Shown: piece after piece, positions 58,319 through 64,000 of the stretch
Layout of the letters: every line of letters begins with the position of its first letter
How positions within the stretch are numbered: the first letter of the stretch is position 1
Translations under genes and position numbers: made by a program
The notes under the pieces: generated by a model
What the model was told of the DNA's origin: nothing
Database searches by the model: none
Seen by the model: only the letters and a program-made list of their open reading frames with translations
Assembly: GCA_030599585.1 (NCBI GenBank)
Contig: JAUVNS010000012.1
Span: 32,001 to 96,000, forward strand
Direction: 5' to 3'
Origin: Promethearchaeota archaeon
Lineage (GTDB): Archaea; Asgardarchaeota; Lokiarchaeia; Sigyniarchaeales; SOKP01
Length of the DNA stretch: 64,000 bases

Positions 58319-58609
58319 TTAAATAATCTCGAAGCATGTCTTTAAATCCATGCCGGGGACTAATAATGGAGTTAGTTTTGCGCTAGTTTTTGCTAAATTA
58401 GCCATATGTGTTTTCATTGCTTCCCCACTTTCATATTTTTCGTAGAATAAGATTTTGTTTTTGTTATCCTTGCCTTTAACAGTGTGAGGGATATATTCTA
58501 AAGTTCCTGATTCAGACGCTTTTACTTGTAAAGCCATTTCTTTTAAAACTTCTTTTGCTTCTTCCATTTTTCCTTCTTTTACTTCAACTATCGCTATGAG
58601 TGTTACCAT
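58319..58609 (-). CDS. Antibiotic biosynthesis monooxygenase (ABM) / putative quinol monooxygenase domain
   Basis: E.GTL.Y, FYEKY.S..A...H pattern. Confidence 0.85.
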   Translation of the reverse strand: MVTLIAIVEVKEGKMEEAKEVLKEMALQVKASESGTLEYIPHTVKGKDNKNKILFYEKYESGEAMKTHMANLAKTSAKLTPLLVPGMDLKTCFEII

Positions 58610-58768
58610 TTTTATTTATCCTCGTTATCTAATTTAAAATTACGTAATTAAGTGAAAAATCCATTTAAGTAAAAGTATCCTAAAATAATTATACCTTAAA
58701 CCTATCTTAAATTATTATCAATTGAAGTATTACTTAATAAAAGATAAGAAAGTATTAGGAAAGAAATC

Positions 58769-60631
58769 ATGATTCCAAAAAAGATGGATATCTATCTTCG
58801 AGAGCACCTTCCGGAAGCTACTCTAAAAAATAGACTTAAAAAAGATAACGGAAAATGTTATCTAGAATTTACTAACACTGACGAGCACCTTCTATCAAGG
58901 TTGGGAATTGTAAGCGATAGACTCGGCCCCCAACTTGTAGCCTGTATCTGGGACGAGAGCTCCCAATTAGAAATTGGGGGGTATTTAGTAGTTGATAATC
59001 TCTCAATGGGAAGGCCCTCAATGGGGGGCATTAGAATGTTACCAGAGATTACTCCCGCTGATATACATAACTTAGCTCGAGGTATGACTCTAAAAAACGC
59101 AGCTGCTAACCTTCCTTATGGGGGGGGAAAATCAGGCATTGTGGCTGAGAGAACCATCTCGTCTGAAGAGCACGACAAAGTCGTTAGCGGTTTTGCCCAT
59201 TTGATACGACAATATAAAGATATTTATGTTCCAGGCCCAGATGTTGGAACTAAAGATGCTGATATGAAATTAGTTGCTATAGAAAATGGATTGGATAGCG
59301 CTGTATCTAAACCAGCTGATATGGGTGGTAATCGAATTGATGAATTAGGCGCTGCTGCGGGAGGAGTTGTAATTGCGTTGCAAACTTTGTTGAAAATTAT
59401 GCCGCGATTGAGAGTTCTCCCTCAATTTGCTAATTTAGAAATACCTGAAGGAAGCGATATTACGGTAATCATTCAAGGCTTTGGAGCTGTTGGAGCACAT
59501 GCCTCACGCATACTGAAAGAACGAATTTCTGAGGCTAACGTAATAGGTATTAGTGATTTAGAAGGTTATTTATTTAACGAAAATGGGCTTCCAATTGACG
59601 AACTTTTTGGTTTATGGAAAAACATAGGTTTAGTTACTAATACATATTTTGAAGATAAGATTGCACCCGATGGATATAAACATCCAACCAAATTTTCAAC
59701 AAATGCTAACAACTTACTTCTTGAGAACGCATTCTGTTTGGTACCTGCTGCTCCAATATTTAATTATTTAGGCGTACGCTCATCTGATAATGCATCGATG
59801 TTAGTAGATCGAATGGGAAAATGGTCTGTAATTATCGAAGGTGCAAATACATACTCTCCAGATCCCAATAGAAAGGCAGCTAGAACTCGCATGGAACAAT
59901 TAGTATATGGAGAAAAAGGCGTGATGATAGCTAACGATTATTTAGTTAATTCGGGAGGAGTAATATTTGCTGCTCAAGAACATGTTATCAAAACACCTGA
60001 CAACCTTCAAATACCAGACGAATTATTAGGAAATCGCGAAGCTGTAGAAAAATGGCTAAAGGATCACGAAGATAACTTTGCTGAACTATCGAAACAACGC
60101 TTAATAGCGGGAGAGGAATATAGAGAAAACGTTATTCACCATAACATGATTGAACTAGTTGATTTATTAGCAGGTAACCCAGACATGTTACCTTGTACAG
60201 CTGCTCAGCGAGTAAGCATCCAACGACTTTCCGCTAAAGAAAGTCAACGAACTGCTAAGGATATAATGGTTTCGCTTCCAACCATAGATGTGAATAGTAG
60301 CATACAAGATGCCGCAAAATTAATGATAGATGAAAATAGTGGTATAGTTGCCGTTCTCTCAGAAGGTAAACTTATAGGAGTTGCAACCGATTGGGATATT
60401 ACAGAAGCAGTTTCCTCTAATAGTTGTGATGTTAAACTTGATAGAATTATGACTAAAGATGTTATTACAGCTTCTCCGGATTATACGATGCTAGACATTG
60501 TACGTGAATTAGAACAATATCAAATATCTGCTATGCCAGTTGTTAAGGACGGAAATGTTTTAGGAAAAGTAAGTTCGGACTTAATTACACAACGTTACGT
60601 CTTAAGTCTTTTACAAGATCACAGAATTTAG
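58769..60631 (+). CDS. Glu/Leu/Phe/Val dehydrogenase family protein with C-terminal CBS pair
   Basis: GGIRM, MTLKNA, GGGKSG, PGPDVGT, IQGFGAVG, EGAN, DY.VNSGGV, then two CBS domains. Confidence 0.9.
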   Translation: MIPKKMDIYLREHLPEATLKNRLKKDNGKCYLEFTNTDEHLLSRLGIVSDRLGPQLVACIWDESSQLEIGGYLVVDNLSMGRPSMGGIRMLPEITPADIHNLARGMTLKNAAANLPYGGGKSGIVAERTISSEEHDKVVSGFAHLIRQYKDIYVPGPDVGTKDADMKLVAIENGLDSAVSKPADMGGNRIDELGAAAGGVVIALQTLLKIMPRLRVLPQFANLEIPEGSDITVIIQGFGAVGAHASRILKERISEANVIGISDLEGYLFNENGLPIDELFGLWKNIGLVTNTYFEDKIAPDGYKHPTKFSTNANNLLLENAFCLVPAAPIFNYLGVRSSDNASMLVDRMGKWSVIIEGANTYSPDPNRKAARTRMEQLVYGEKGVMIANDYLVNSGGVIFAAQEHVIKTPDNLQIPDELLGNREAVEKWLKDHEDNFAELSKQRLIAGEEYRENVIHHNMIELVDLLAGNPDMLPCTAAQRVSIQRLSAKESQRTAKDIMVSLPTIDVNSSIQDAAKLMIDENSGIVAVLSEGKLIGVATDWDITEAVSSNSCDVKLDRIMTKDVITASPDYTMLDIVRELEQYQISAMPVVKDGNVLGKVSSDLITQRYVLSLLQDHRI

Positions 60632-61728
60632 TGAAATTTTAAGATATTATACAACGTATCTCTCTGTGCTGGGCGTTTTCCCGCAGCTTTAATAATTTCA
60701 ATTATTTCCTCTGGAGATAAGTACTCTCCAAATTCCGCACCTGCACTTTTTGATATATTTTCTTCCATTAGTGTCCCAGAAAAATCGTTTACTCCATAAT
60801 TAAGAGATACTTGAGCAAATTTTGGACCCAATTTAACCCAAGAACATTGAATATTCTCAATGTAATTGTTGAAAAAAATTCGTGCTACTGCAAATAATTT
60901 TAAATCTGCCATTCCATAACTGGGTTTTAGAGGAAATTTTGTTAGCTTAGATAAAAGTGGTTTTTCACTAACGAATGGTAAAGGAACAAATTCGGTAAAA
61001 CCAGAGGTTTCTTTCTGAAGGTTCCTTAACACTTCAAGATGTTCTATTCTATCGTGTAAATCTTCAATATGTCCATACATCATAGTTGAAGTTGTAGGGA
61101 TGCCAAGATTATGGGCGGATTTTATCACATCAATCCATTGAGATGTAGTTATTTTATTTGGACATATAATTCTCCTAATTTTATCCACCAAAATTTCAGC
61201 AGCAGTTCCAGGCATAGAATCTAACCCGGCTTTTTTTAAATCTTTTAAAACATTTTGAACTGAAGTTTCATATATTTTTGCCATATGAAATACTTCTTGA
61301 GGGGAAAATGCGTGTGTGTGCATGTTAGAATCAACTTCCTTTACATTTTTCAGAATTTCTAAGTAGTAATCAAAATTAAGCTCAGGATTTATCCCTCCTT
61401 GAATACAAACCTCTGTGCACCCCACTTTTTTCGCTTCAATAATATCATCTCTTATTTCGTCTTGAGTTTTTAAAAAACTCTCCTTATTTTTATTTGAAAC
61501 GCTAAAGGAGCAAAATTTACATCCTTGATAACAAACATTTGTAAAATTAATGTTACGGTTAACAACAAACGTTACGAGATTATCTTTCTTCTCATAACAA
61601 ATACGATCTGAGACTTGTTGTAGGGCTGTGAAATCCTTACCTGTAAGTTTTAGAAGAGTTAAAGCTTCTTCTGTATTAATTTCGACTGAATCTTCAGCTT
61701 TTTTAAGAATCTGTTTTATTTCCGACAT
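60628..61728 (-). CDS. cofH: FO synthase subunit 2 (radical SAM)
   Basis: NRNINFTNVC...CKFCSF, SMPGTAAEIL, TTSTMMYGH, FTEFVPLPF, QCSWVKLG, NDFSGTLMEENIS..AG. Confidence 0.93.
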   Translation of the reverse strand: MSEIKQILKKAEDSVEINTEEALTLLKLTGKDFTALQQVSDRICYEKKDNLVTFVVNRNINFTNVCYQGCKFCSFSVSNKNKESFLKTQDEIRDDIIEAKKVGCTEVCIQGGINPELNFDYYLEILKNVKEVDSNMHTHAFSPQEVFHMAKIYETSVQNVLKDLKKAGLDSMPGTAAEILVDKIRRIICPNKITTSQWIDVIKSAHNLGIPTTSTMMYGHIEDLHDRIEHLEVLRNLQKETSGFTEFVPLPFVSEKPLLSKLTKFPLKPSYGMADLKLFAVARIFFNNYIENIQCSWVKLGPKFAQVSLNYGVNDFSGTLMEENISKSAGAEFGEYLSPEEIIEIIKAAGKRPAQRDTLYNILKFH

Positions 61729-62833
61729 TTTTATTTATATTATCAATCGTTTTTTTAATATTTTCTGGACAAAAACCATGTTTATTTATGTATTTCTTAT
61801 ATATAGGAAGCCTTTCCCTAAGTTTATACCCGTTACTTTCGCATATCTTTTCTAAGTGGTCAATTTCTGGCCAGGTATGGTTTGGGTTAATGTAATCTAA
61901 TGTAAAAGGAGATATGCCTCCAAAATCATCAATTCCCATTTCTAAGGCTTCTTTCTCGTAATTTTGAATTAAGTTAGGTGGAACTTGAATAGCGATGTCA
62001 TTTCCAAATATTATTTTTGCAATCCCAGCAGTTTTGAGAGTTTTTTTAATAGATATTAGGTTATTTGGATGATACTTTATTCCCATTTTGTTTGTAAAAT
62101 TCTGTATTATAACTTCTTGGATATGATTATATTCAAGATTGATTTCTTTAATTAATAGGAGATCCCTCACGCGATCTGAAAACTTTTCCCCAATTCCTAA
62201 GAGTAAACCTGTTGTGAAAGGAATTTTCAATTTTCCCGCGTTTATAATGTGGTTAATTCTATTTTCTGGAGTTTTACCAGGTGAATTTTCGTGAACTCCA
62301 CCAATTTTAGAAAGAGATTCACAAGTACTTTCAATCATCAATCCCATACTAGCGTTACATTCCTTTAAGCTTTTCAATTGCCTATATGTGAGCATCCCTA
62401 TATTCGTATGAGGTAATAGATTTACACCCAATAATTTTTCGCTTAAATTTCTTACAAAATGAAAGAAATCATTAAATTTTCTTTTTTCTAATTCTTTTTG
62501 GACTTCTTTGAAACTATCGGGAAATTCACCTGACATTAATAAAGCTTCTGTACATCCATATCTTATAGCAGTTTGAATAAAATCCTTAATCGTATCCTCT
62601 TTAATTAATACAACATTGTCTTTCTTATTTTCTTTAGGTATATTTTGATTATAAAAACAATATCCGCATTGATTCTGGCAAAAATTTGAAAGGGAAAGTG
62701 TAAAGTTTTTGGAAAAAGTTATAATATTTTGTTCTTCTCTTGGTAACTCCTTTTTTATACTTACAATTTTTTCTCTAAGCTTGTTAATTGATAAATTTTT
62801 CAGCTCTTCTATTTTCTTTGAATCATCCATCAT
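61703..62833 (-). CDS. cofG: FO synthase subunit 1 (radical SAM)
   Basis: ITFSKN, C.N.CGYC, LPHTN.G, SMGLM.E, IPFTTGLL.GIGE, QVPPNL, DD.GGISP..D..NP...WP, ERL. Confidence 0.93.
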   Translation of the reverse strand: MMDDSKKIEELKNLSINKLREKIVSIKKELPREEQNIITFSKNFTLSLSNFCQNQCGYCFYNQNIPKENKKDNVVLIKEDTIKDFIQTAIRYGCTEALLMSGEFPDSFKEVQKELEKRKFNDFFHFVRNLSEKLLGVNLLPHTNIGMLTYRQLKSLKECNASMGLMIESTCESLSKIGGVHENSPGKTPENRINHIINAGKLKIPFTTGLLLGIGEKFSDRVRDLLLIKEINLEYNHIQEVIIQNFTNKMGIKYHPNNLISIKKTLKTAGIAKIIFGNDIAIQVPPNLIQNYEKEALEMGIDDFGGISPFTLDYINPNHTWPEIDHLEKICESNGYKLRERLPIYKKYINKHGFCPENIKKTIDNINKNVGNKTDS

Positions 62834-63510
62834 TCTTCTTTTTTATAGTTAAGAGTTACATAGTTATTTCTACTACTCACATTAGATAACAAATATCTTG
62901 GGCTCTCAATCATTTTTGCAAATCCCTCTCCTTCTACTAAGCTTACAGCATCTTTACCTCCAGCCATCCAAGGCGCAATTGCAATTCTAATCTCATCTAC
63001 TAAATTATTTTTTATAAAACTCCAATTTAAATTGCCTCCGCCTTCTAAAAGAATTCGCTTTACGCCCTTATGGTATAGAATGGGCATTAAATTAACGACA
63101 TCAACTCTACGCCCTTTTCCTGATTGTATAATTTCAATATTTTTAGATTCGAATTCTTTAATCTTCTCGATTGGAGCATTTTCAGTTGTTACTATTATGG
63201 TGGGATAAATTTCAGGTTTAAAAGTTACTACATTTGATTCAATTGGTATTGAAAGCGTGCTATCTAATATTATACGAAAATACCCTTTATGTTCATAAAA
63301 TTTTATGTGTAGTTTTGGATTATCCAGAATAATTGACCCTTTACCAACCATTATAGCATCCACTTCAGTGCGAAGTTTGTGAACCGCTTTCCAATCGCCT
63401 TCGTCTGAAATATCTGGATCTCCATTTTTAGTGGCAATTTTTCCATCGATTGTCATAGCAGCACTCAAAATTACGTAGGGTCGTTTATTTCCTTTCAAAT
63501 TCCACCACAC
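62830..63510 (-). CDS. 2,5-diamino-6-ribosylamino-4(3H)-pyrimidinone 5'-phosphate reductase (RibD C-terminal / archaeal ArfC type)
   Basis: RPYVI...AMT.DGKIA, VH.LR...DAI.VG...I..DNP.L, EGGG.L. The true start may be the downstream TTG. Confidence 0.9.
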   Translation of the reverse strand: MWWNLKGNKRPYVILSAAMTIDGKIATKNGDPDISDEGDWKAVHKLRTEVDAIMVGKGSIILDNPKLHIKFYEHKGYFRIILDSTLSIPIESNVVTFKPEIYPTIIVTTENAPIEKIKEFESKNIEIIQSGKGRRVDVVNLMPILYHKGVKRILLEGGGNLNWSFIKNNLVDEIRIAIAPWMAGGKDAVSLVEGEGFAKMIESPRYLLSNVSSRNNYVTLNYKKEE

Positions 63511-64000
63511 CTTTAATGTAAGTCTTTTTTATATTCTCTGATCTAGTTCTTTGAACAATAATGTTGTAAATACTTTCAGAATCAATCTTATACGTATAAT
63601 AATTAGGGTTAGAAAGGTCAACTATAAAGAAATCAGCATATTTTCCTACTGAAATTGATCCGTATTCTTTTTCTAATCCCAAATTTCTAGCAGCAGTAAT
63701 GGTAACCATTTCTAGTAGCTCTTTTGAGGAAAAATTCTTACAATCCTTATGAACGGCTAATACTCGGGAAATTCTATATAAATATCGCATTTCTTCGAAT
63801 AAGTCAATATTGTTAGCCATTACATTATCAGTACCAAGACTAATTGGGATTCCAAGATCACAAATCTCATTTATTGGCGGAAATCCACTTCCAAAATAAC
63901 CGTTACATCTAGGACATAAGACCAGAGAGATGTTATTTTTTTTAAGTCTTTCCAAATCATCTTTTCTGTAATGAGTTCCATGTATAATGACGTCAATCAG
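63485..64000 (-). CDS. Amidohydrolase-family metal-dependent deaminase, 5'-truncated by the window edge
   Basis: The frame is open to the window end (IIHGTH...). Motifs CPR.N, LGTDN, GSI.VGK.AD. Confidence 0.85.
   Translation of the reverse strand: MIDVIIHGTHYRKDDLERLKKNNISLVLCPRCNGYFGSGFPPINEICDLGIPISLGTDNVMANNIDLFEEMRYLYRISRVLAVHKDCKNFSSKELLEMVTITAARNLGLEKEYGSISVGKYADFFIVDLSNPNYYTYKIDSESIYNIIVQRTRSENIKKTYIKGVVEFERK

Noticed and set aside
1-64000. tRNA/rRNA genes, CRISPR arrays, transposases, integrases or prophage genes
   Set aside because: No GC-rich structured RNA blocks, regularly spaced repeats or mobile-element motifs were seen by eye. A covariance-model scan could still find small ncRNAs.

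Overview
AT-rich archaeal chromosomal segment, most likely from a Lokiarchaeia (Asgard) genome. The evidence is a Loki-CTERM-like sorting tail, two longin-like proteins, LITAF-like Zn-ribbon proteins, archaeal ether-lipid genes, and methanopterin and F420 (cofG/cofH) genes. Most of the window is housekeeping or metabolic: rpl1/rpl11, rps2, adk, tmk, aroD/E/K, tyrA, leuCD-like, ilvD, a glnA-family gene, feoAB, larE, a lipid operon, an H4MPT cluster and cofGH. It also has two orphan N6-adenine methyltransferases and a PadR/HAAS membrane-sensing locus. I saw no tRNA, rRNA, CRISPR array or transposase. The most striking observation is that the ribosomal protein L11 gene is interrupted by a 28-nt insertion (730..757, minus strand). 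The insertion folds into a near-canonical bulge-helix-bulge (BHB) motif, and excision at the standard EndA cut positions exactly restores the conserved L11 frame (...GPTG-IN-IKDVV...). This makes it a candidate archaeal-type mRNA intron in an Asgard protein-coding gene. Secondary points: a T3SS needle/pilin-like C-terminal motif in an orphan protein, an AN1-finger rhomboid pseudoprotease, an RS-repeat tail on uS2, and genes that appear to need ATT/ATA start codons. All family assignments come from motif recognition by eye, not from database searches.
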